Assembly: GCA_016178055.1 (NCBI GenBank)
Contig: JACOUC010000036.1
Span: 9-64,008 of the forward strand
Direction: 5' to 3'
Origin: Chlamydiota bacterium
GTDB taxonomy: Bacteria; Auribacterota; JACPWU01
DNA length: 64,000 nt
Positions 56,501 through 62,700 of this stretch are shown here, piece by piece (positions within the stretch are counted from its first letter, which is position 1; the number at the start of each line of letters is the position of its first letter). Below the pieces are notes generated by a model. That model was not told the DNA's origin, did not search any database, and saw only the letters and a list, made by a program, of their open reading frames with translations. A program made the translations under genes and the position numbers.

Positions 56501-56601
56501 CCTAAAGAGGCGTAAAGGGAGAGGTTGTCCTGAGCCAGAAAGGCCAGAACAACCGTTGAGCTGATAATTTTTTTGAAAAATTTAAAATTAAAAATCCCCA
56601 T
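35563..56601 (-). CDS. Giant multidomain transmembrane signalling protein, ORF2 (7012 aa: Tiki/ChaN-like N-domain, HExxH modules, transmembrane cluster, two Ser/Thr kinases, two PP2C domains, four-fold repeated module)
   Basis: Continuous 21 kb open frame with ATG at 56601 and GAAGGA 6 nt upstream. The N-terminal signal peptide is MGIFNFKFFKKIISSTVVLAFLA. Confidence 0.7.
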   Translation of the reverse strand: MGIFNFKFFKKIISSTVVLAFLAQDNLSLYASLGAKEAASISSLENSSSIFIPTELGRVIETYQAPNSSHTVFLFQDIHAHPQAQKNTVDLLEYLAQKYNLKRINIEAASGELSTQRFRSFPDKKILKEVSEEYLNLGQLTGAEFEAINGEKPLQLYGIEDIHLYLKNYHAYRDTVSLRKELKEHIAKLKILMAQFSDYVYTGEVQSFVRELNDYLTYKIDLEHFMGSLMRESEKAKINLENFSEIKPYLATLPFKKNIDLKKIHNEMGKLLIAVNGKASDEEMAKFLEQTLSYRLNEIAPLEFYQTVKRFMELSMPASILEPRASSISNSYPNIQNYMNYLEAVQKVSDALLFEQIQKLAFETLFAECVTEEEKSLCLYSSFINLLDRLTDLSIEKSEYQEYVSKKDKLIPKILKFIQHESGAYTVEEHAEDIHYPLADRLSQIEPYYEATLERDHEMTLRALNRLKESDESFGAVMTGGFHTPALKEALKQAGYSYVVFIPHFNASSADRYESVMMGELTPFEKWVGENLRLEARGSKLEAETKEKKQTEEAENESLPISSSSLQPRASSQKSLMHWLMTNAEGLPEDRAPIIAYELQLISTILKSLYAEFKATDAAVSPQSFGDFVGARLQAMGKSGFSTALEQDRSSPGAILRDFSLDLQNLKFILQGSELLCAIPLEGLPGKNLIINLATFLIDGKTSQVMGLQLSEVEVNIAALEASGPPVAEIIPLSTAQPVGEHQELALGDLTSLSSIDFVMVLQRLQIGLVNGSSPGLGLKKDESDWLKENNIFITSLKDLPGALRSGTDSTSVFFEGSRGKSSTLSFEVDGKLYTVMSLESLKEARALDFDIMKMIRGVALHETKENLAKQSKDSKVQLHAHRVGVVAEYRASQGERIRYEIFSATQRGDWAYLDNLKSAREYKSKIKEYVQQGLPVKYADVLGELAQKIDQWKEEALIRFSQSISLEEGVWKKGEFYRISPDLLSGKILQVKLAGYSEAPITITYDSAKGQFIVVSGESVIQVGDQELRVGSSPFAGSSPKSLNLVIKDSESLISRFHLSLKKDSQGHLIVRHLGKNKSPYSLSSVEKPLSYTQAEVEEIYNRFRVSLQSGNPSIEVSFSPKNRDTELFKNIEIILKKGQGYAAAAEFLREFFKPYHFVFQSRRAYGSILLGRLDSYIPISLGLHPPFRILFVHPDYDNRGNARGFKIPGINDEVYVLLQDSESRRELSSEELERLRLSTGYHEALHNFNALLKKINPHFKLSFADDEYTAYVASLIAIPDEVNVKRFFETELFGYWEEAELAKAQARGRGESTSNTLAVESDDKGGHSKAIHHLFKEFAKKVSARTAIPIVIPKFIDLQGLSRSEQKEKLKAISQKIWLDLGQDSNKIHDIALELMKEFYRDEKGLGYVPDFVEDTSWMRAHELSRVYVRDGKEVGLNKQLPLLEEGDLDSVKKVAAYLAVHYSYSDLEAALRFYQANVAVVTPALKEVINFLNGSYLNIKDKISALKQALTSTATIVEGINGKHDSTVREVVPVSIAFKPSGIFTSMPARSVEGDSAILVPSVEPRRLDIAETVKLEVLGGQTVVERPELESFKQKLRPLPIRPELKDQLVLFVSNCLETRTVHLSVFDRTFQNPLGGLELTQDEIGALMIALSYIPDVGDAILNHMVSHLFNDFLFQKYKKEERGIDREGQNLLSYLQRNFVLGREAEWKSSILYHLVLLHLEARARNIAIEAPIPESFIKEMEEAVSFLPRPMTDAYRTFIAFSGAERGMSSLGVARLAQTVLSLSLNFQLLEQQRTSEPMAVTFFHELCHKLSTGSNREKTPLFSVDRWIRMSKASGFTAYIDDAGSRFTMDQLASLSIEGFRSLQPDGWVRQERGEEVVYVSSDLYEYMNLLNKKDMIQLTGDVFQIDEEIAQFKETKGDDLFGFLEARAIQLRQAGISFSQLREDKEGDRSHWKQNPHEVVAIAGSWYMMNSKELEYLLKNLSRSSELLQKFGVEAETYFRDALGVLKETFFTSTDRKGNLLTYDFDFYKGNIIQRIHQPLPLPLQKLLSSVGNGLSQVTDEGVDERFLAFFKEVQDWDQIRAWVKEFNLSEELQKAFERQRKAVVDTLLMKAEERAHQNYSWIKVHSKIKNFREVRLNSTGSVGMGSDYDLSILNEGSERILMAFDDVWKEAGFQDSSYQVFDANSYGDPLIIDISRQEDSLRRQQALLLETQVAYTAFLIDGGGPSHEMWKSLKEIPSLQDFLAQAEAYYGKVQGQLAAEISNLDPTIPEGLREEEARRRILRRKLERLARFKEENNVVTQENIIPLSMSQRVQLLSLSMEVRLFEKDPHYSTGAIFHVVNQMQKEGERIEFIDMTPLRYLHSMTELLGKFEHQRESYQGDPIQTLMKTAKYMARIRDAGLKAGLSGPGMETLHALAKKALYVKGILKSREAVALELQKWVEPSSGRAPPVLLNKLAGVRGPPGREQQISAEQIAQAMVDLSREIILNIYQGLLPTAMRELQPPTQSRLGLLPRLASVPAVVAPSLGEIPLVGSMRREPFVGYPGDDSALPLSLAASGSVTDKVSPSLVWSGQPILNPVTDQAVEPSLSLKNFPRGHHGGHEGTATALAIQVRQDLCSQGKPSQAFDEVLRHESGEWQIIQIILAALGERDSQLKTQLLALPGVEERFDADERDHPNTDKALILATIIAHQVQSYLEAGQTPEGLTQLSRLKILEMNGTELAGFVESAFKAENIQARINYQNQLSGLINPLLQKYRYPILSIDSIHTYEERFRDEARRELKGRMNWLYPVWNWLRQHGILARRMSGVILSLSLLSSGSLAPALLRVPSINPPNITGGGARKNIWSEGDSLGKEGDGVILIKAQQIQGQRVALRLGKTINLEKTVELPISTQGEVTTETINNEAITCRIFNYDSQNESDVIGQHLKSFTGAYLLPVESSDGQNPVYYIFMDQSLNESERAEALQFEKLKAAWYHKLRWTLPQDLELQAKIPPSFMEKGRPNIIRMAHVLAWGSLIKENSWSIVDNSTFLTRQVNEYVSNVEVSSQDKSAFFSQDRSAHSQLRKLFFDGKDGEIFVFDWFETSLKVYGEVLLKGESFRPTYTQPQAEGIYSMLLKFFQGKLQADGGEYQTWISDMKRKNPKLVESVGAVLQKSWNYTQAAEFLRQFFKPYHLVFYAHPSDIVLLGRLDSYIPIHLEPYSEFRVAFVRPDYTNKDNYRCFAPSKQDEVYVLLKEGRDERLTLSTVYHEAIHKLNELADLLNKGLSRPNDEYTAYLGSLAAIPDEINVMRFFETELFEYWKKVEEVKEQVRQQGGLDTGTMAIPQIEKGHAQAIHHLFKEFAKKLSSPTGTQIIIPEPEAMRNLDREKQKEKLLAVSGQIWEAAGRDSKKIREIALELLKEFYKREFKEIPVFIEDTAWMSAHESGRTYIRNGQEVSEAALSLRERFLIKPSKTFWGRILITWVAPILETGLFWSLVHGSVDYFSLQAPLALTAFFVSGFLFSAGHVIVLWMIDRYRLPSDQRYRNFGDAFKREFLNYFVVYVYFSIFYLGIYDVAIFIFSAPVAPLVSASIGLALIHSIYNRLILRAREGRLPSWVPRGVSDFLKILPLASMAALAPPRNSPSARGQDSVEAALQTQDDAKACELLWNNLLKDPTQFQSTYTRLIGLVQRHDQVVREALERGDKSSAMQLSESLKKFWEKTPGITIKQKSSDRDKSLDLLHECMLDYTRASVSFLEGLREFELNQTGFAIAKFQRAFNITQGRLSPNATLDSTLRPIFEKTFNDIMKGFENVAQRAYERRNHFDYDRVVSIVGPERTRQMKQKLFPFLKDSAPENWMASFPEQNLPPLGEKYKILGLLVSSSIAKVFEVELVKPLESDEPKGSYSAGTRCVVKVPLDQEPAMSQGQARNREMEMQEAVVKISEGENIVPRVLEKSSYRDPTTGGTRHYFAMEYGSGKQLKDFIQRFRAKETLEEADIQRMLLCFRRILLAVQKVHQANIVHLDLKPENIIYDEETGRITLLDFGISVSVNEEIHRIVGTLGYMAPEIVDIDQISESAPGYRVRFSSDLFSLGTLFLEALTGKNPFGAEAFLDEGQKRQVLTNTVAVDFFEKNPHHPRLLNLPSPWVDWLRKLLEKDPQQRTQTIDQAIDDFDVIASTGLEEINLTDLESQDILLTWTGSSPDLGNSVVVKVSLEDGNFNFSRIGSNDEEVSLGSRATDILEEKILLGSLGPHTNTRNIRLPSVNGGTPIGRVSLRVSDGKLFIGYREGLTISYEDKPGQLSLEEEEIGIEVKREPGVYSMATLAANAHMGRNEDSYFRIVLKDEMIVGGVFDGMGGAAGGEVASTIARVVVSEYLKQKISNASEEQIPSILGEAYQKAQLAIELVASLPRPLFEDEFLDSFLEKVLNLLPGRLKFSFDVSEIRGVMKSHFAAYSIENLLSNAVLGYLKSVYGQDVDKQYNFLTLKDSVLNDWKRFFTIEVGKQFSNTFLNLKQDDAKKLIGNFVKEMNRKMDRAINENQSIEAFWKAFFPLSNMGTAGGTSIIVPQSDGTSNIYVINVGDTGFYLKEPGKKLRVMTIDNYIPSEEQRNRSISLDEADKARKNTPQLFLASVLSLRDCDRCENLLPSNLQGNPKEVFENRNALGTSLTPGMKCIPVIVKAEGVKAGTRLIGVCDGLRDNLPDETPGGSIHDSIDKIMDETAPGEAPLLLIQKSREVRDTSANKGSTHPLRGRAKDDDMTGYEEVIQPSKFAPLAVQPSAQRKVLELKDLPLENTPLGEVKTAKDQPGPLLRFPMSVLEKKDLILRVPGARSEESIEVRVSLQLDGGVALSFEGKGISSTSLCKWNKDHLTAGQILGRDDKTLLRLFQALSEKHVRIQRVEDDLEVEHLGSRTSFRGEEKPPTPFVESAVKVEAEKWINELKSGDSLPVGPGNFSNRTLVLGVKGLVKKLGAPESFDKEILHIDYRSGQFVLSLPKKGDKIFAPGRQPGVENFILEQGKVVTVGSRAKKTAESDLLLPDDTNARKISTPQFSLNLSQDGQTLIITQIGQTFPTQYRWEALVSASGVTPIFQSHTIGENKDIQLSDLTTLTDTQFVEQLEGMQEEMRKACSKFGLDAQSLETVTAGDPTHHILFTTLNGLPGRISSQDLHYFTDSTGKSRSSSISFVVNGQLYTVISVDYLKDKPDESLDVQKTARGIVVHERSEYQELIERMGEAQVDTIAALPESLRREAHQTGVRTEFAQTHGERIHWDILLAAKTGNIQYLQSLKPASQLKLPTGAKDLEGLANQVDEWKIEALLSYHSTNPLVSPLLPEVRNNLESLQRGGASLESQLHLANAYIALIAGLENLNSVQTPRTLDSFEQSCEFILQTLTTSPKTVILNFDAFTAAFTGSLNTMLTRLEKWEITKDIKRIASFSESFLNGLDKNIYKSRITDHKNIIASIDLSIGEAQDAIRKLEGKQLSEYPYMGSRLENRYDIVGYLAQGGMGRIWIAEDENGRRVLIKEALDQDKLPFFKREAELQAKIHRKDVAAIYDFGEGTFVSGVEKKEKKSFFIAMEWVEGVTFDDWVKDFPSSGAFSVDDMIKLARVSLNFLNSLQGVQDGDVNHHDVKEDNVIVDPITLQTQLIDFGLARSKTDDLSKDGGQVSGSSSYLSPEKLLTQMFQQHLEPVDVSDPDPLRRSDLYGMAVMIFHVLSHGKDPFSDQDIQEEEISWINANQFLKGVHGGLRVLVQQYPAFRKTVNVFLRKLFAQPNLNILEDNRPLGRGEGEMWKLWIEWVKKGLHNELAANRSSVVVDGETQKVLNPAKNRMDFEEAREKLLEIISLGEKLKAEESSMASFLSAGGDMSFTGQGEWGLMGMEGWDTETSGGSGSFNSHVVGNHPDIQLSDVTSLSVTDFVNRIKTTQTNTRDQCAQWGLDLEEIDQTALAQNVQVLYVRLSDLREMPGGDRQRDSHYLTNIIGARSPSISFVANNQLYTLITVDYLEPSGELDTDIDRVVSGIVTHEGSEYQRLLELMKKVGVSRIDQLSIDLRQQAHRVGVAAEYRASKGERIHHDLLLARKRSDQKYLQGLAPSEKLILEIRNDPNISHNDQASLESLAQDVDRWRVEATVFSHLTKASSAHPDRNEDNRFAMVLRNGWRVSGVLDGVGGRPGGQVASTLAKIVISSILSEELEEASDEDQVYTILARSFKRAHSVIEKMSQVPNPYMILEEVPESMIESYLDNIISRVLRIPLSAHDRNQIKRVLRKSFSSEPSIFTPEWVEEMKRGSTTQGDVESLRKHFRDNQRGILEAFDAVSRSEARINELESFFYGKDWNIFLKLFPINRMGTTAAVSLVIPKKDGTYMVYTINAGDSRVYLRRPKTKLLPLTIDNYPVTTSSSLLIYDARRAKKIRLIWTLQPFYSTVEQEGDFEKWEHLIPSDFNRYTPEQLWQRRNRVVNSLIANHLYFPIVVVAEEVPSGSWLLEMTDGISDPLSDSQMGRVISRVPVRDVPRVLVEQAEGIDILDDRTQPNLNIRSKGSDDKTVQVQSLMDPLAIAPAMPSSITSRTIGSGHFSEENAQDIYEQVKHRQSGPDGYVERLKNSLSVRGMALTDAQIKEWFTDRNIIFASRNDSPDRGRHPYYFTTTDADGVVSTASSVTVDVDGVRWSVIPIEYLIEAATVTLFDGRIHFKDVVDDIFNHEDREFGLKKSSTSSLEPRASSLNAHRSGVAAEAGWRLQLEMKLASGEELNGLEPSSTFKSKIDQYEMTDAEKLSLKTKSEQIDRWKDEELKNIRVLPNHLRVATKAFLNLFVNSRESFGKGKGVVDFDLANLVDAKGVKRPEADFYIEILKEAAQKMKNNKGFKIVLMNHDQIKKDSLKSALGPEFDSLLSITGEENNRSVLLLTPESKDLAGEALFNFIKAELAKPGYGLEALEKKDFQFIVHMEHRSLYEGLISKDLNIILLSNDEINIQVDSVSPEVLEMIGKIDPNLAQQFRENKTIHIERKNLSDEITRNNLKAISELAAAAA
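36486..36516. repeat. Family A element, single arm (CTCGAGG x4), in frame in ORF2
   Basis: ggctcgaggctcgaggctcgaggctcgagg. It encodes SSLEPRASS. Confidence 0.6.
37150..38240 (-). other. ORF2 PP2C phosphatase domain B
   Basis: GVLDGVGGRPGGQVAS at 38101-38180, INAGDSRVYL and LLEMTDGISDPLSD. Confidence 0.6.
39480..40200 (-). other. ORF2 Ser/Thr kinase-like domain B (divergent)
   Basis: Gly-rich loop LAQGGMGRIW, then RVLIKEA, NHHDVKEDNVIV at 39725-39790, IDFGLA and YLSPE. Confidence 0.6.
42550..43700 (-). other. ORF2 PP2C phosphatase domain A
   Basis: GVFDGMGGAAGGEVAS at about 43541-43591. The later motifs are NVGDTGFYL and GVCDGLRDNL. Confidence 0.6.
44300..45045 (-). other. ORF2 Ser/Thr protein kinase domain A
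   Basis: VHLDLKPENIIY at 44540-44592, then DFGIS and GTLGYMAPE. Confidence 0.7.
45840..46260 (-). other. ORF2 mid-protein transmembrane cluster (about 4 helices)
   Basis: WGRILITWVAPILETGLFWSLV...LALTAFFVSGFLFSAGHVIVLWMI...NYFVVYVYFSIFYLGIYDVAIFIFSAPVAPLVSASIGLALIHSIY. The kinase and PP2C domains lie on the far (C-terminal) side. Confidence 0.5.
46500..47110 (-). other. ORF2 HExxH module, copy 2 (AEFLRQFFKPYH...STVYHEAIH...DEYTAY)
   Basis: Paralog of copy 1. A third HExxH (FFHELCHKL) lies at about 51128-51190. Confidence 0.4.
52550..53190 (-). other. ORF2 HExxH module, copy 1 (AEFLREFFKPYH...STGYHEALH...DEYTAY)
   Basis: About 200 aa, internally duplicated with copy 2 at 46500-47110. It has a zincin-like HEAxH. 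Confidence 0.4.
54884..55006. repeat. Family A palindromic element, full, in frame in ORF2
   Basis: ggctcgaggctcgaggctggaggctagagg ... loop ... cctcgagcttcgagcctcgagcttcgagcc. It translates as LEARGSKLEAETKEKKQTEEAENESLPISSSSLQPRASS. Confidence 0.75.
55050..56520 (-). other. ORF2 N-terminal Tiki/TraB/ChaN-like domain
   Basis: LFQDIHAHPQAQKN...INIEAASGEL and AVMTGGFHTPALKEAL. It is homologous to the N-terminal domains of ORF1 and ORF3. Confidence 0.35.
55621..55648. repeat. Family A element, single arm, in frame in ORF2
   Basis: gctcgaggctcgaggctcgaggatcgaa. It encodes ILEPRASS. Confidence 0.6.
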
Positions 56602-56701
56602 AATCCTTCTCTTGAGAAAAGCATAACTTTTCTCTCCGTTTGATAAAGTAAACTTCTCGACTCTCTCTCGATAAACTCAAGATCACTCGAAGAATAAAAG
56701 A

Positions 56702-59700
56702 CTACGCCTTTACCGCAGCCAAGTCATACATCTGACGCGTTGCTTTATATTTTTCCTCGTCTAATTCTTCTTTCTTAAGATGCACGCTATAGGTCTTCAC
56801 TCCTTGTCCCACCTCTTTTGCCTTAAACCGTTTTGCAAGCTCTGCATTCATTGCGCTCAATTTATCAAACATCGTTTGATCAAGCTGGATATCAATCGCA
56901 TCGCCCAGTATGAGTTGATTCAAAATTTTCGAGTAAATAGATTGATGGCTGGGGTCGATCACAACCTGAATATTTTGAACTTGTAATCCCATTAAACCCT
57001 TCGCCTCAGCCGCTTTTATAATATAATTTTCCATATTTTCAGGGCTTGCCTCTTCTCGAGTGGGTGCCTGCTCAAAAATAATTCCTTCATTTCTAAATCT
57101 CAACAAAACTTCGGCTCCAGGAATTTTCTTATCAACCAATGCCTGAAGGCCACCGATCTTACCTTCATGGTCAACCAATACTATTTTCATTTGGCCTTGA
57201 CTCTGACGCATCTGGGCCGCTGCTTTTACTAAAACTGCAATTGAAGCCTCAGCCCCAGGACGAGCGATATTATTACCATCCACAAGAGTCGAAAGATCGA
57301 TCAGCAAAAGCGCCGGAGCTCTATCCAGTGCCTCTGGTCTGTCCATAAAAAGTCCACGAACAACTCCCTCAAGCGCTTCAGCCTTAGACGCTTCAAAACG
57401 ATTCGCAGATGTTTTCCGGATTGACTTCTGAAGCAATGCAAATTGTTTAACCGAGGTCTCAAATTTTTCAATTTGGAATATGACATTATCCGGAGACTTT
57501 CCTAAGGCTGTTAATATCAAGGGTAAATATTGCTTAATAAATTCTCTCTGCTCAGCACGATCATCTCCAATCACAGCTTGAAGGGCATCTAGATCCATTT
57601 CTCGAATTTCATTCCAGAGAAATTCTACTTGAGTAATATCAGTCCAACCATTTTCAATGATTTGAAGGGCCCAGGCCAATATATGACTGACACGAGCAAG
57701 ATCTGGTAACTCCCCCAACCCCTCTTGAACCAAGAGGGGAGTCCCTCCTACTGAAGTCTCTCCCCTTTCTTTTAAGGGGGAGCTGGAGAGGTTACTCTCC
57801 ATCCAATTTTTAATAAATATTTCCATCTTTTCATGCTGAAGAGCAATTTTTTTATCTTGGGCATTCCTAGAAATAAATATATAGAGCTTGCCATCATTCC
57901 CATAGCAGTGATAGGCCCCGCCGACCGTCTTTAAAATATCTTTTAAACCTGGAAACAATTTTTCCAGATGAGGATCATTTTCATCATAGTTCACTTCCTG
58001 ATACGTTGTAACCCCTCTAACTCCCCTTAAACTAAGGGGAGAGCCCGTCTCCCTTCCCGATTCAAGAGTAGCCATCTCCCCTCTTGGTTCAAGAGGGGTT
58101 GGGCGAGTTACGTTCTTTAACTTACTTAAATAAGGGTCGCCATCATCAATTGTCACCGTCCGACTCTTACTAATTTTTTTTAGATTTACTGCAAATTCAA
58201 TCATCTTTAATTCCTTATCACGACTCAAACTCACTTGATGATGCACCAATTTCTTACGAGCTCCGCCGCTTCCTGGCGTACCAGAGCCCGGAGGTGTTTT
58301 GGAGCCTGAAATTCGGGCGAGCCATCGGACGAAGGGAGATTGCGCAAACGCTTCAACCTTAAGCCAAGAAATTCCTGCCAATGTTGTATAAATTAGACTT
58401 TTTCGAAAGGTTAATTCCTCTAATGCCCTTTCCCTGAACCTTGATTCATAAGCGTTTAACTCGTCCATATTAATCTGCATAGTTCGCATAGGTTCTGGCA
58501 TGCGCCTATTTAAAGTTTCTATGACCCGATGCTGAAGAGATGCCCGCATTTCAGACGTTTCTGCTTCAACTCTTTCGAGAAATGCAGTGTCTTTCTCCCT
58601 CATTTTTCTTTCATGAAGTAGTGTCAACCCTTGTTTTCCATATTTGATGACCTCTAAAGCCGCCGCCCCTATGTGAGCTGCAAGGACAGCGATGCTATAT
58701 TCACGAGTTTCTCCACTATATCTTGCTCTACGCTGGACAAGTCTCTCTTCTAAAATAGGCTCTAGTTCATCTATCAAATCTGGATTGCTTATAATCCACT
58801 GCATCAAGTGCCATTCTGAAATTTCATGAACACCCACTTCGTCACGTTCTTCCATTTTAAGGTTTCGACTCATCCAAATTTCAACACGATTCCTTTCAGC
58901 AACTTTAATCACCGCATCATTTCCTTGAAGTTTATCAGCAGGCACCAAATAACAGCTTAGTTCGGCATCTTCACCCAAAAAGTTTTTAATCTGTTTATAA
59001 GGAAAAGATGGAATTAAAAATGACTCGTACTTATTTGACTCTGCCGGCTCATGAAGTGAGGGAAGACCCATCTCACCCTGAGAAGAACGGCTTTGATCGG
59101 CCCTTTGACCCGTAGAAGTAGTTGTAGAAACTGCATGAGCAAGCGTACCAAAAGCACCCGCCACCTCTGGAGCCAAAACATCATCAACGATTTCGATGTC
59201 AGGTGAAATTTCCTCTGGTAAAACAATGTCTAATTGATCTAGGGCCTCTGAAGTCGACATTCTCTGTGTAACGTCCTTCGCGAGAAGTCCTCTGAAAAAA
59301 GTTTGAAGATCGGAATTCAATTTTGAAAAAGCTGCTTCATATTGTCCATCAAAGGGATCGACATTTGTCACCTTTTCACGCCCTTTTACTGCACGACCTT
59401 GCCCCGTGGGCACTTCTCTATCCATGACTCGAAAGGGACTTGTGTTTAAAAGGGACATATATAAAATAACCCCCAGTGCAAAAAGATCACTTTTAAAACT
59501 GAAATTGCCATCATAAGTTTCTGGAGACATATAGGTAAGAGAGCCAATAATGAATCCGGATCGAACCTTTATTTCAGGAGAACCCGCAGCCCCAAAATCG
59601 ATCAGGGTCATTTTGTTTGTTTTAGGATTATAAAAGAAGTTTGCAGGCTTAAGGTCTCGATGGACTAAATTTAGGCCATGAACTTCTTCCAAGGTTTTCA

Positions 59701-62700
59701 GCAGCTCTTTAAAAGCCGTCAAAATATTATTCTGAAATGTTTCATATGTTAACTCTCCACTCACCAGTTGAGTTCGAAGGTTATGAACATATTGATCCCA
59801 TCTGATTGTCCCTTCTTCTTGAGTTACATCATCCATTGCAATGAATGAATCCCCATTTTCTAGAACACCAAACTCACGAACCGCAGGGTCTGGATTGTTT
59901 GGAAGGTCATGTACTTGTTTCTGAATTTGAGCTTCTCTTTCAGGGGTTGGGAGATAATGATAATCATCCTCTGGGCGAGGCGAAATAATTTTTAAAGCTA
60001 CGTGCTCGTTAGCATTTGTATCCAGAGCTCTAAAAACAGAACCTTGACCTCCTTCACCTAACTTCTCCAAAATCTGATAGTGACCCATGACTGTTCCAAT
60101 CTCATAAACATGTCTAGGTGTAGAAGGTGAAGCAGAGGGCGACAATCCACTCTCCCCTTCAGGAGCAGGTTCTTCTAGCAAGGCTTCGACTGGGACTTCA
60201 GGTCTAGCTAAAAAAGAGGAAGCCTCTGCCTCAGCCAAAATAACCGGTGTTATTCTCTCTAACTCATTCAAAGCCTGAGCGGCATTTTTGAATCTTTGAC
60301 TCACATGCTGATCTAGAATTTGTCTTATATAAGACATCAAGGGAGGAGAAATAGAAGCAATATCTTGTCCCTGAAACGCATCATTACCCAATTTCTTCGT
60401 TGCAATCACAACTTCTACATCTCCTGGAGCAATGCCAAAGGGAAAAGAAGCAGCGATCATATTAAAAAAGATTACGCCAGCAGAATACAAATCTGATTGA
60501 ACCGTTCGTCTTGTCTCAGGAGCTGCGTATAAGAAAGAAAGCTGCTGAAGGGCTTGTTCTTCTTCCGTCTCACTTGTTGAAGAACCAAAATCAAGGAAGG
60601 TGATTTGATGCTTAGAGGCATTGTAGCGTATATTTTCAGGTTTAAGGTCATTGTGTAATATCCCCCGAGCATGAAGTTCACCCAAAGCAGTCAGTAAAGC
60701 TTTAAAAAACGTTAGCATCTCTTGCATGTATACATCTCTTGAAAGAGTTCCTTCATCCATCCCATCTTGTAAGCGTACAATATAATCCTGAAGATCTTCA
60801 TCTTGATTAAAGTCCATCACAAGAAAATGACGTTGGCTCCCCTGATCATAACCATATCCATAAACTGAGGGGGCAGGTCCTCCATCGCGGGATGCAGATA
60901 ACTGACGTTGATATTCTTGCTCAATTTTTCTTTCGGCATCCTCAGCTCCCTCTTTCATCCACTTAATAGCACGTACATTGCCATCAACATCCTTAGCCTC
61001 CCAGGTTTCTGCAGTCGTTCCTTCACCTAATTTATTTACTAAGCGATAGCGACCATCAATAATCGTTGCCCCCTGACGATTCCATTGACTTAACACTTCA
61101 AAAGCTTGGACTTCAGCATTCAAAGCTTCTAAGGCATCATTGATATTCCAATAAAGCTCATCCAGTTGTTTTCTATCTTCCGCCGAAAGTTGAGCCAAAG
61201 CATCTCTTGCACTAACAAAATCATTCACTAAATTTGCTTCGCTCAGATTTAACGACGTCACCTCATCAGGTGAGGCAGAAGATAAATCTTCCCTCCATCC
61301 CTCAACTTGATTCATTGCCTCAGCAATACGATTCCGTAGAGAAAGCATTTGAGACCGAAGCGTCTCTTCTCCTTCAGACCCAGCCAATTCAGGAGACGGA
61401 GCTTCTTCTCCTCCACCAGCCAATTGAAATTCATCTAAAGAAGCGCTGTTAAAATCAATTCTCAAAACGGGCAGAAGATGATCATAAGTATGCTGATCTG
61501 GCGAAGACAAAACCTGCTTCAAAATTGCCTTTCGTTGCTGGTGAATTCCTGTTTCTAATACAGGATCATTTAATTGGTTTAAAATAGATCTCAAGTCCTG
61601 ATCACTTTCAAGAAGTCCTAAAAATTCGACATATCGCTCATCGATTCTTTTCAAGGAGGCCCCGCTCCCTTTCGGAAGTTTCCGAGCTCGATCAAGGAGA
61701 CAATCCATCCAAAAGGCTGAAACAGCATGAGGAGTAAGCGTCTCCACAAAAGTATTCCCTAAAACGCCACGAGCAAGAACCTGTAAGGGTGCTTTAAAAG
61801 GTTTCATTCCCTTTTCACTGTAAGGTCTAAATCGAAAAATGAGGGGCTCCCCTTTTATTAATCCAAATACAAGCCGGGCCCCTTCTTCATCCAAAGCACT
61901 ATATAAAATTTTAATCCCTTCACGATCTCTATCTTTTAACCACTGCGCTAATTCAGGATTTTTCTCTCTCCGCTTACGCGCATAAGCAAGCGTTGCTGCC
62001 GTCAGAGCAAATTCAGCCTTAAAATCATCTCCCACTTGCGTTTTTCTTCTGGGATCCGTGCTGATAAATCCAATGCCATCCTCTAGAGCAAGCATTTCTC
62101 CAATCCCCTTTAGATCTTCAGCCGTCAACGCATATTCTGGATCGCCCATTCTCTTCAGATAAAGCTGATAAGCCTCTTCAATAGAGTCCCTCGGAATCAC
62201 AGGAGAAATCACATGATAGGAAATATTTTTTTGTTGAAAGAATTTTTCCAAACCAGGGGTATGATAACCCCCAACCATCAGAACAGCACTCTTAACATTT
62301 TTTTCAGAAAACGAAGCCATGAAATTTTTGGCGATTTCTCCATCGCGAGATTTAATAGTTTTGTAATATTGCTCATACAATGGAAAATATTTTTTCAATG
62401 GAGCACTATCTTCGCCCATAAACTGCTGAATTTTATCCCAGCCCAAACGCTCAATCGTTTCCTCAACAAGCGTTAAGTCATCTTCACGACCTCTTAATTC
62501 CGCCATTCTTTTAAGGGCATAGAGCCATTCAAAAATAATTGCGGATTTATCAGAAATAAAACTCAGTTTAAGATTCTCTTCAATCTCACGAATTTCTTCC
62601 ATCAATTGATTGTCATTAATTTCAGTTCTAAACTGATAGGCCTGAATCGAACGGTCAATATTAGGGTAATCTTTTAGATTAATTTCTGAGCGCTTAGAGA

